Positions 55,260-63,183 of a DNA stretch of 64,000 nucleotides are shown one piece after another. The position numbers were made by a program, and so were the translations under genes. The DNA lies in contig JAKOUW010000096.1 of NCBI GenBank assembly GCA_029782365.1, positions 587,432 to 651,431 on the forward strand, in the 5' to 3' direction. Origin of the DNA: Chloroflexota bacterium. Its GTDB lineage: Bacteria; Chloroflexota; Anaerolineae; Anaerolineales; UBA4823. A model generated the notes under the pieces. The model did not search any database and was not told where the DNA came from. It saw nothing but the letters and a program-made list of their open reading frames with translations. Position 1 is the first letter of the stretch. Each line of letters starts with the position of its first letter.

Positions 55260-56558
55260 ATGAAGTACCATTTTGTCCTAAAAATCCGTCAAAAATTAAA
55301 TAGCGATCTCCACATTCCCTACTGGGTCGATTTCATCACCGATAAGTCGGTGGTGATCCAAAACCTTAACCCCGAGGTCGATGCCCTGATGTCCTCCGCC
55401 GGCTTGCAGTTCTGGCTGACCCGCGAATATGCGCCGGCCAACGCCTCCTGGAGCGCCTCAGAAGTCCTGCACGGCCTCGACCGCACCTACCGGTTGGTTC
55501 TGCAGCAGGAGTACACCCTGCCAGATGACCTGCTCGACCGTCTTCTTCAGCTCCCATCCGTGGAAACAGCCTGCGAGCTGACCATCGGCGAGGCGCACAT
55601 TCCCCAGCGCGATCTGTCTGTGCAGACCTCTCTGCCCGGCAGCCGCCCCGCCGATCTGATCTACCTGGCCTTTGCCAAGGCGCTGACGCGCGGCAGCCCG
55701 CAGGTCAAGATCGCCGTGCTGGATACCGGCGTCAACCTCAGCCACCCAGAGCTGGCCGGCAGGCTCCTGCCCGGTGCAGATTTTGTTGACCTGGAAGGCA
55801 TGGATACTTCAGATTTCATTGGTGATTACCTGGGTTATGATGATGTGCCCGAAGATGAAGTCGGTCACGGCACGCATGTCTCAGGCATCATCGCCAGCCG
55901 CGGCCTGCAGATGGATGAAGGGGTAGCGCCTGACTGCCGCATCCTGCCGGTGCGCGTGCTCGCCACCATGCGCACCGGCGGCCGCCTGGTGGGCGCCGGG
56001 ATCATCGACAACATCAACGCCGGCATCAAGTGCGCGGTTGACTGGGGTGCCGACATCATCAACATGAGCCTGGGCATCAAACACACCGGCGGCGGCCTGC
56101 CCCACGAGGATGTCATCCGCTATGCGCTCAGCAAGAATGTGACCGTGGTGGCCGCCAGCGGTAATGACGGCTCCCCTGAGCGTTACTATCCAGGCGCACT
56201 GCCAGGCGTGATCGCCGTCGGCGCCGTGGATTATTCCGGCCAGGTGACAGCTTTTACTTCGTACGGCGCCAACATCACCGTGGTGGCTCCTGGCCTCAAC
56301 ATCTACAGTTCATTTGCTAACAACAGCTACGCCGTGGCCTCGGGCACTTCCCAGGCCTCTCCCTTCGTCGCCGGCTCAGTTGGGTTAATGAAAGCCTATG
56401 CGAAAAGCATGGGCGCTTCCCTCAGCAACCAGGATATTCTTTCTATCCTCAAAAACACCTCCGACCGGGTTGACAGCCGCCTGCGATCCGTGCACGCTGG
56501 CTACGGCTTACTCAACCTGGCGGATGCGTTCAAATTGTTATCCCACCAGTTCCAATAA
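55260..56558 (+). CDS. S8 subtilisin-family serine peptidase, no signal peptide, with ~130-aa N-terminal non-catalytic domain
   Basis: Catalytic motifs in canonical order: VAVLDTGV (Asp), GHGTHVSG (His), AASGNDG (oxyanion Asn), SGTSQASP (Ser). The N-terminus MKYHFVLKIRQKLNSDLH is not signal-like. Confidence 0.9.
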   Translation: MKYHFVLKIRQKLNSDLHIPYWVDFITDKSVVIQNLNPEVDALMSSAGLQFWLTREYAPANASWSASEVLHGLDRTYRLVLQQEYTLPDDLLDRLLQLPSVETACELTIGEAHIPQRDLSVQTSLPGSRPADLIYLAFAKALTRGSPQVKIAVLDTGVNLSHPELAGRLLPGADFVDLEGMDTSDFIGDYLGYDDVPEDEVGHGTHVSGIIASRGLQMDEGVAPDCRILPVRVLATMRTGGRLVGAGIIDNINAGIKCAVDWGADIINMSLGIKHTGGGLPHEDVIRYALSKNVTVVAASGNDGSPERYYPGALPGVIAVGAVDYSGQVTAFTSYGANITVVAPGLNIYSSFANNSYAVASGTSQASPFVAGSVGLMKAYAKSMGASLSNQDILSILKNTSDRVDSRLRSVHAGYGLLNLADAFKLLSHQFQ

Positions 56559-56570
56559 AAAGAGGCAGGT

Positions 56571-58622
56571 ATGACCAACATCAATAATTTCTCTTTTGAC
56601 AGCAGTTCGCCTTTCCGCATCAAGCGGCCGTTGATCACCACCAACGGTTTTGTCTCAGAGGTGGATCCCACCATCAAAACCCATCTGGACGAGCTGGATG
56701 CTTTGCTCGGCAAGCGCATTTTTAAACGCCGCTCTGCCCTGGAAGAAAGCGAATTCGAAGCCCCAGCCAAGGCGCACGAGGCATCCAACGCTGCCTCAGC
56801 CGCCGCTTCACGCCGCGGGCGGCCCGGCGTGGTCACCGATCCAGATATCCGCCAGGTGGTGCGTTTACCCCTGACGCCCAAGCAGATCCCCACCAGCAAT
56901 AACTGGGAGCGCGGCAGTTTGCTGTATTTCATCTCCGAAGCCCCTGAGGCTGTCGACAATCTCACCATCTCCGAGTACATCGACCTGGTGGCCGATCTCT
57001 CGGCGCTCAAATACGCGTTTGAGAGCAACCTGACAGATAACTGGTTCAACCTGGATTTCAACACCAAAACAGTGCTGGACGGCTACCCGGGAATCAAAGA
57101 TTACCTGCTGGTCTTCGCCTTCCATGTGATGGGACTGGAAGAAGTCAACGGCCTGAAGAATTTCGTGCTCAGCAACCGGCAAGGCGCCAGCGCCATCGCC
57201 AATTACGCCATCATCAGCGCCGCCCGCCAGGTGATCCATGAAGAACAGCTCCGTGTGCCCAGCTACAACAATGACAACAGCGAGATCGTGCATGAGATAC
57301 TGGCCGCCAATCTTTCCCTCTCGCAGGCCTCTTTCCGGCCGGATGTGCAAAATGTCCTCAACAATTTCATTTTCAACGGCGCCGAGGCGCGGCTGATCGA
57401 CAACGCCAACATCGGCCCGATTCCGCCGGCGCTCAAACCGCTCTTGATCAAATATATCAAGCGCTCTACCATTCCCATCACCGCCCACAACATCAATTTC
57501 TTCCTGCCCTTGTTCCTCTCACAGATCCAGGCTTCCACGGGGATTCTGCAGCCGCAAGATGACCTGACCATCGCTGAATCGGACAAGGATTTCGACGTCA
57601 CCTTCTTCGAGGATGACAATTCCTTGATTCAGGTCAGCGTCTCGGCCGTCAAATGCGCCGCCCAACTGTATTACAGCATGGTGCTGGGCGACAAGCTGGA
57701 TGTCTTCGGCGCGATGCGCTACTTCACTAACAAGTACCTGCTGCGCGGCGGCCTGGAAATCCAGGACAGCCGCCTGCGCCAGGATTTGCAAAATTATGTC
57801 TTCTCCAACCGCTTCACCGACAGCACCGGCAAGCTGGTGGACTGCACGCGTGAAAAAGAGCGCGAAATGTTCTACTGCCAGGTGTTCAATTACAGCTGCG
57901 GCCAGGTGACCGAAGACCTGATCGTGAACAAGGAATTCCCCCGCCTGTGGAAGGTGTTGATGCTCGAATCGGCCAGGTACCTGGAACGCGCTCAGGTAAG
58001 CCCCAACCCCGACAGTTTCGTCTCACGCCAGAATGTGATGCAGGCGGTGGAAGACCTGCAGTACAACCTGTCCACTCACTGCACCGGCATGGCCAATGTC
58101 ATCACCCCGATCATTTACGCTGAGCTGGATTTCATCATCCGGCGGATTTTCATGCACCCCGAAATCCTGCGTCAGGTCGTGCCGCAGGGCGGCACCTGGT
58201 GGCGGGTGGTGGAGACGCTCTACATGCAGATGAAGCACGTGCGCCCCAAATCGACCGTTTATTACAATGAAGGCAAGCTGGGTTTTGAAATCTTGCGCCA
58301 GATCGCCGATTACAACCCGGCCACCTTTGAGACCGACGCCAACTTCTCCGCCTTTATCAGCAGCGTGGATGCCTTCATCACCACCCAAAGCATCCTTCAG
58401 CAGGCCCTGACAGACCAGCTCAAGCAGGCGCAAGGGGATGACGAGGATGAAGGCGAGCCGGCCATGGCCGGCTCGCCCAGCCTGAAGCTGACCCCCGACA
58501 GCTATCCGGGCGGCGCCGGCTACACTGGCAGCGGTTACTCCGGCAATGGCAACGGCAACGGCCATCAGCCCGCCGCGGCCATGCCTTCCGCCAAACCCAC
58601 CACCGATGAATGGGATTTCTAG
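56571..58622 (+). CDS. hypothetical 683-aa protein, no recognisable family; C-terminal disordered Gly/Ser/Pro linker ending in acidic-aromatic tip DEWDF
   Basis: Long ORF with coding-like composition and an AGAGG SD, 12 nt after the S8 stop. No signal peptide, TM segment, P-loop or metal motifs seen. Confidence 0.8.
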   Translation: MTNINNFSFDSSSPFRIKRPLITTNGFVSEVDPTIKTHLDELDALLGKRIFKRRSALEESEFEAPAKAHEASNAASAAASRRGRPGVVTDPDIRQVVRLPLTPKQIPTSNNWERGSLLYFISEAPEAVDNLTISEYIDLVADLSALKYAFESNLTDNWFNLDFNTKTVLDGYPGIKDYLLVFAFHVMGLEEVNGLKNFVLSNRQGASAIANYAIISAARQVIHEEQLRVPSYNNDNSEIVHEILAANLSLSQASFRPDVQNVLNNFIFNGAEARLIDNANIGPIPPALKPLLIKYIKRSTIPITAHNINFFLPLFLSQIQASTGILQPQDDLTIAESDKDFDVTFFEDDNSLIQVSVSAVKCAAQLYYSMVLGDKLDVFGAMRYFTNKYLLRGGLEIQDSRLRQDLQNYVFSNRFTDSTGKLVDCTREKEREMFYCQVFNYSCGQVTEDLIVNKEFPRLWKVLMLESARYLERAQVSPNPDSFVSRQNVMQAVEDLQYNLSTHCTGMANVITPIIYAELDFIIRRIFMHPEILRQVVPQGGTWWRVVETLYMQMKHVRPKSTVYYNEGKLGFEILRQIADYNPATFETDANFSAFISSVDAFITTQSILQQALTDQLKQAQGDDEDEGEPAMAGSPSLKLTPDSYPGGAGYTGSGYSGNGNGNGHQPAAAMPSAKPTTDEWDF

Positions 58623-59680
58623 GAATATACAGGGTGATGCGAATGGTTGACAATCAAACAGTTATTCCCAATGATGCTCAAATGCTGGAGCGTGCGCGCG
58701 GCAACGTGCGCGGCGCCCTGGCCCAGAGCATGGCCTTCCAGAGTCTGCCCATCAATGACCAGAAGAGCATTTACCTCTCGTTAGTGCAGGAAGACCTGGC
58801 CAAACAGCGGGAGAGTTATGGCCTTTCCAGCCAGATGGCCACCGATTCCGGTGCAGATATGGGCTATAAAGGTTACAACCCGGCCTTCGGCGCAGACACC
58901 GCCAATTTCAAAGAGCTGGTCGACTCGGTCGATTTTCCCAAGTTCGTTGCGGATCTGTTGAAAGCGGTTTTTGACGCCAATCTGAAGGTGATGAAACAGC
59001 AGACCGATGCGTACATCAAGCTGATGAAAGAAGCCACCAAATCGGCGGCCGATTTCATCAAGCAGGTCAAAGACGAAGACGCCTTCGCCCGCCTGGCCGA
59101 ATCTCACTCCGACCAATACAACGTGCAGACCGAGAAGCAGGCCGATGGCAGCAACAAATTGGTGCTGACCAAGCCCGAAGGCGGCAAGCATGACCTCCAG
59201 GATGCCGAGGTGATGAAAGACCTGTTTGAAGCCAAGCTGAAAATGGCCCAGGAGCACCGCGCCGCCATTCGTGAGATGATTGTGATCGGCGTGAACCGCC
59301 TGGTGGTGGAAAGCGGCGTGATCGAAGCCGGTGTGGATTTCTCGGTGAAAGCCACCCGCAACAGCGCCGCCCACCACGAAGACCAGAACGTCAATGTCAC
59401 AACCGCCAGCATGTCCTACGATTCTCCTCTCGGCGGTATTTTCGGCGGGCCGTCGGGCAGCATCGAGACCACCAACACCAACATCCAGATCAACACGTCT
59501 GACAAGAAAACATCTGACGAGCAGACTGCTACACTGCACGGCAAGGTGAACATCAAATTCAAGACCGATTACTTCAAGCTGGACAATTTCCTGACAATGT
59601 ATTCCGATGGCGGTACAGCCGCGCTGAAGCCAGCCCAGCAGGGTCAGCAATCTCAACTTGGACCGGCGCGCCCGGGATGA
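58610..59680 (+). CDS. hypothetical ~345-356-aa protein: charged helical N-terminal two-thirds, beta-rich C-terminal module
   Basis: The ORF is open from ATG 58610, which would overlap the upstream stop by 13 nt. Alternative in-frame starts are ATG 58637 and ATG 58643. No recognisable family. Confidence 0.75.
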   Translation: MGFLGIYRVMRMVDNQTVIPNDAQMLERARGNVRGALAQSMAFQSLPINDQKSIYLSLVQEDLAKQRESYGLSSQMATDSGADMGYKGYNPAFGADTANFKELVDSVDFPKFVADLLKAVFDANLKVMKQQTDAYIKLMKEATKSAADFIKQVKDEDAFARLAESHSDQYNVQTEKQADGSNKLVLTKPEGGKHDLQDAEVMKDLFEAKLKMAQEHRAAIREMIVIGVNRLVVESGVIEAGVDFSVKATRNSAAHHEDQNVNVTTASMSYDSPLGGIFGGPSGSIETTNTNIQINTSDKKTSDEQTATLHGKVNIKFKTDYFKLDNFLTMYSDGGTAALKPAQQGQQSQLGPARPG

Positions 59681-59687
59681 CCACGGC

Positions 59688-62006
59688 ATGGCGCTGGCGC
59701 TGTTGGAATGGTTGGGAACGGAGCGCGGCCAGGCGCGTTTGCTGGTGGACACCGGCACCAACCCCTACTACCAGCTCAAAGTTGGCCGGACGGTGGACCA
59801 GCGCGGCGGTGTGGATTGGGTCGACCAGGTGTACTACACCAGTCCTCTGCGGCGCAACCCGGCCAGCGCCAACTTGTTCCACACCGCCAGCGAGATCGTC
59901 GTGCCTGTCCAAAAGTTCGCACAAGGCAGAGCTTATGTACAGTTATTCAGCTATAAAGACCAACAGGGCAAATCGCCCGCTTTCTCCGCAGTCCTCCTTC
60001 TGCCAGCCGCTGGGGGAATTCTGCCTGGGGGCGGCTATGCCGCCCCCTATTCCAGGCAGGCCTCGATGAACAGCGGTGCGCCATCCCCGGCGCCGGCATT
60101 TGAAGCGCCGCGCCGCATCCCCTGCCAGTTGGCCCGCGAAGCGTATTCGCAGGCCGCATCCTACGATGATGTGCTCTCCAGCCTGCTCAAACTGGCCGGA
60201 CCGGTGGTGGCCAGCCTGCTAAAAGGAAGTTCCGCGCCATCCCCTGCCGGTACAGCCCAGGCTCCTGGAGGTAAGCCGCCCGCCAGCGGCGCAGATTCGT
60301 CCAGCCTGCTGGCCATTCTGCTGCAAGCCCTGCTTGGTTCATCCGCTGGCGCCGCCCCGTTGAGCGCCCTGGGCTTGTCGATGTCGGCGGAAGCCTATCC
60401 GGCGCGCAGCCCAAGCAGACTGCTCGACCCTCACCTGCAGGCCAACCGCTTTGCCGGTGAGCCGCAGGCCTATTCCCGTCCCTTCGTCGCTTTCATCGAT
60501 GACATCGCAGAGCTGGCCCCGCTTCTCGGCCCTTTGATGCAGATCATCCCGCAGGTGGTTGGACCAGTCGCCCAGGTTCTGCCAGGCATCATTCACGAGG
60601 AAGGCGTGGCGGGCAACGACACGCTCAGGCTGGTCAATGAAGCCAACCACCGCCGGGTGGAGCTGAAAGATGCCGACAACAAACTGATCTCCAACCTGCT
60701 CTCCGACGCCAGCCGCCGCCTGCTGATCAACGGTTTACAGCAGGCTGGCACCGACCAGGCGGGCGGAACGCTCAACCCCGACCAGGTCATGGCGCTGTTG
60801 AAAATGCTTCAGCAATTCGCGCCGGCGGCCAATCCAACGCCCGCCCCTGCTCCCGGAGGGAATGCCGCGCCGCCGCCGGACTCAGCTTCGGCTCCCACTG
60901 CTCCCAGGCCGCCTGCCGCGCCCCAGCCGCCTGCCCCGCCTGCCGCTCCCCAGGCGCCGGTCAAAGCGCAGTCCCTCAGCGCCGCACCCACAGCCATCCC
61001 CAGCGGCCGCGCCGTGCTAAATTTCGTGACAGCCCCGCCGCAAACCTGGAACGGCGCGCCGCAAGTTCTGTTCGCTAAAAACCAGGCCGTCAGCCTGCGC
61101 CTGCGCCTGGACGTGGCGCCCCCTGCCCCCAGCCGCCCTCTGCCCAAGGCCATCATCCATGTGTGCTTTAAAGACTGCGCCAAACAGGTGATCCTGGCGG
61201 AAAAAACCTTTAAGCAGAAAAACGTGCCAGCCAACGCCGAACTGCGCTTCTCTTTCAGCGCCGAAGAGCTGATGCACCTGCCCGCCAATCAAGGCCTGAC
61301 CATCTTCGCCTCCTTGCGCTGGCTCAGCCCGGCCTCAGGCCTGGAGCACAAGGCGCTCGGTTCGCTGGAGGCGGTATTCGTCGAGCAGTACTACCTCAAA
61401 GAGCAGGGCCAGGCACTGTCTGTCGAGCAAGAGCTGAAAGACATGCAGCGTTTCCGCCCGTTCTGGAACAAAGTCTGGGAATCGCCCTCGCTGGACAGCC
61501 TCAACCGCCAGCGCGGTGAAGACAAAAAATACCTGTGGGAGCTGGATGCCAGCGCCCGCTACACCATCCTGCTCTCGGCCGAACACACCTCGAACGGCTT
61601 GATGGAAACCAAACTGCTCGCCGACCCGCCCGGCCCTGAGGCGATCACGGTGCGCACCGCTGGACGCCTGAAAGCCGGCATCGAGCTCAGCCTGGATGAG
61701 CTGAACAAGCTCATCCCGCTGTGGGCCGGCCAGCCTGCCCTGGACTCAGTCCATTTGCAGGCTTTCAAAACCTGCGAATTCGCCCGCAGCCACGCCTGCG
61801 AATTCACCGCGCGTTTGAAGCTCAAAGGCAGCGCCGCCAACCAGGGCAGGGTGTTTGTGATTCCAGTGTTCAAACTGGTGGAGTTCACGCTGGCCTCGCC
61901 CGATAAGCTGGACGAAAACGGGCAGGTCCTGTCCGCCAAAGAAGAAAAAACCTACTTTCCCCTGCCGGTCGCGGCTCGCCTGATCGGCTTGAAATCCACC
62001 ACCTGA
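59688..62006 (+). CDS. hypothetical 772-aa protein: N-terminal beta-rich domain, long Ala/Pro/Ser disordered regions, C-terminal ~330-aa globular region
   Basis: ATG 59688 lies 7 nt after the upstream stop; the track begins at TTG 59658. Pro/Ala tract at about 60820-60970. No family recognised. Confidence 0.75.
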   Translation: MALALLEWLGTERGQARLLVDTGTNPYYQLKVGRTVDQRGGVDWVDQVYYTSPLRRNPASANLFHTASEIVVPVQKFAQGRAYVQLFSYKDQQGKSPAFSAVLLLPAAGGILPGGGYAAPYSRQASMNSGAPSPAPAFEAPRRIPCQLAREAYSQAASYDDVLSSLLKLAGPVVASLLKGSSAPSPAGTAQAPGGKPPASGADSSSLLAILLQALLGSSAGAAPLSALGLSMSAEAYPARSPSRLLDPHLQANRFAGEPQAYSRPFVAFIDDIAELAPLLGPLMQIIPQVVGPVAQVLPGIIHEEGVAGNDTLRLVNEANHRRVELKDADNKLISNLLSDASRRLLINGLQQAGTDQAGGTLNPDQVMALLKMLQQFAPAANPTPAPAPGGNAAPPPDSASAPTAPRPPAAPQPPAPPAAPQAPVKAQSLSAAPTAIPSGRAVLNFVTAPPQTWNGAPQVLFAKNQAVSLRLRLDVAPPAPSRPLPKAIIHVCFKDCAKQVILAEKTFKQKNVPANAELRFSFSAEELMHLPANQGLTIFASLRWLSPASGLEHKALGSLEAVFVEQYYLKEQGQALSVEQELKDMQRFRPFWNKVWESPSLDSLNRQRGEDKKYLWELDASARYTILLSAEHTSNGLMETKLLADPPGPEAITVRTAGRLKAGIELSLDELNKLIPLWAGQPALDSVHLQAFKTCEFARSHACEFTARLKLKGSAANQGRVFVIPVFKLVEFTLASPDKLDENGQVLSAKEEKTYFPLPVAARLIGLKSTT

Positions 62007-62019
62007 CCAGGAGGATAAG

Positions 62020-62172
62020 ATGATCCCCTCACCTTCTGCTGATAACCAGGACTCCCCAGACACCGGCCTGGCGGCTGAAAACGATGAACCCGAATACACC
62101 TTCGATGGCTACCAGGTGGAATTCTCGCAAAAGATCATGCTGACCCCGGCCGATCCCAAAAAGAGCGCCTGA
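62020..62172 (+). CDS. small acidic protein (50 aa), hypothetical
   Basis: My own translation: MIPSPSADNQDSPDTGLAAENDEPEYTFDGYQVEFSQKIMLTPADPKKSA*. AGGAGGA SD 5 nt upstream. Its stop codon shares one base with the next start (TGATG). Too short for the supplied track. Confidence 0.55.
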   Translation: MIPSPSADNQDSPDTGLAAENDEPEYTFDGYQVEFSQKIMLTPADPKKSA

Positions 62173-62441
62173 TGGACGAAGCCTTTTTGCCATTCCACCA
62201 GATGGTCGCCAGCCTGCTGGACTTCGCCGGCGACATCCACGATGAAGATGCTGGCGTGCATATGTATATTGCCGAATGCGAGATCGAAGCGCCGCTGGAG
62301 CTGGATGTGTTGACCGGCGAGCAGGGCGGCCTGCAGATCGGCTCGGTCCCGCCATTGTATTCCGTGGACACCACCTTCCGCCCTTCCTATCACAGGCTGC
62401 GCTTCACGGCTGAGCGCACCGAGGTGAGCCATGGCCAATGA
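62172..62441 (+). CDS. hypothetical 89-aa protein with trypco2/DUF2589-like beta-module (pattern-level)
   Basis: The ATG shares one base with the upstream stop. It is overlapped by the next gene by 11 nt. Contains ...VHMYIAECEIEAPLELDVLTGEQGGLQIG...YHRLRFTAE. Confidence 0.6.
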   Translation: MDEAFLPFHQMVASLLDFAGDIHDEDAGVHMYIAECEIEAPLELDVLTGEQGGLQIGSVPPLYSVDTTFRPSYHRLRFTAERTEVSHGQ

Positions 62442-63183
62442 GAACACTCCCTGGCAGTTGGAAGATTTCGTCGATTCGCTGGTGGTGGAGCTGGACAAGA
62501 CTCGCGACACCCTGGCGGTCAAAGCCATCAACAAGCCGCTGAGTTACACCGTCAAGGAAGTGGCGCTCGATCTGAACATCTTCCCCTCCTACGACGGCGA
62601 CAAGGTGAAATTCATCACCGCCCAGCCGGGCCAGGAAGGCGCCTCGAAAGTGACCATCCAGCTCGGCTCGATCACCGACCAGCAGGTGCGCGCCACCACC
62701 AAACTGCCCGCTGTCAAAAACGATGTCAGCCTGGCTGAGATCGGGCTGGACAAGACCACCCAGAAAAAGCTCGAGAAGATCGGCGTGAACTCGTTGGGCG
62801 ACCTGAAGCAGGTCGAACAGAAAAATGTGGATCTAAAGAAAGTCTCGGATAACGACATTGACTATACGAAGCTGGCGAATCAAATTCAGAAATCGCGCCG
62901 TGACCAGGCGCCGCCCCGCCTGCGCGAGATCAGTTTTTCGCTCAGCGATCAGGGCGCGCCGCAGTTGGTGATTCAGGGTGACAACCTGGCAGTCAACCCC
63001 AAGTTCCCACCGGTGGCGGTGCTCAACAACCAGCTCGCCGAAGTGCTCTCCAGCGATGAAAATGTGATGCTCATTCAGATCGGACCCCAGCACACCCTGG
63101 CCGAGGATAACGAGCTGATCCTGACCTTCGACCCGTATGCCATTCTCAAGGTGAATTTACACAACCGGAAAGCAGAACGATGA
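62431..63183 (+). CDS. hypothetical 250-aa protein: N-terminal trypco2-like module, helix-hairpin-helix-like motif, IPT/TIG-like beta domain
   Basis: WQLEDFVDSLVVELDKTRDTL + LSYTVKEVALDLNIF...KVKFITAQPGQEGASKVTIQLGSI. Then LAEIGLDKTTQKKLEKIGVNSLGDLKQV. Then ISFSLSDQGAPQLVIQGDNLAVNPKFPPVAVLNNQLAEVLSSDENVMLIQIG. Confidence 0.7.
   Translation: MANENTPWQLEDFVDSLVVELDKTRDTLAVKAINKPLSYTVKEVALDLNIFPSYDGDKVKFITAQPGQEGASKVTIQLGSITDQQVRATTKLPAVKNDVSLAEIGLDKTTQKKLEKIGVNSLGDLKQVEQKNVDLKKVSDNDIDYTKLANQIQKSRRDQAPPRLREISFSLSDQGAPQLVIQGDNLAVNPKFPPVAVLNNQLAEVLSSDENVMLIQIGPQHTLAEDNELILTFDPYAILKVNLHNRKAER

Noticed and set aside
58781-59761. 326-aa minus-strand ORF within the candidate novel operon
   Set aside because: It is antisense to the ~345-aa plus-strand gene. 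The translation is dominated by His/Val/Gly/Leu runs typical of the reverse frame of Asp/Lys/Glu-rich genes. It has no SD, and it breaks the tight plus-strand gene coupling.
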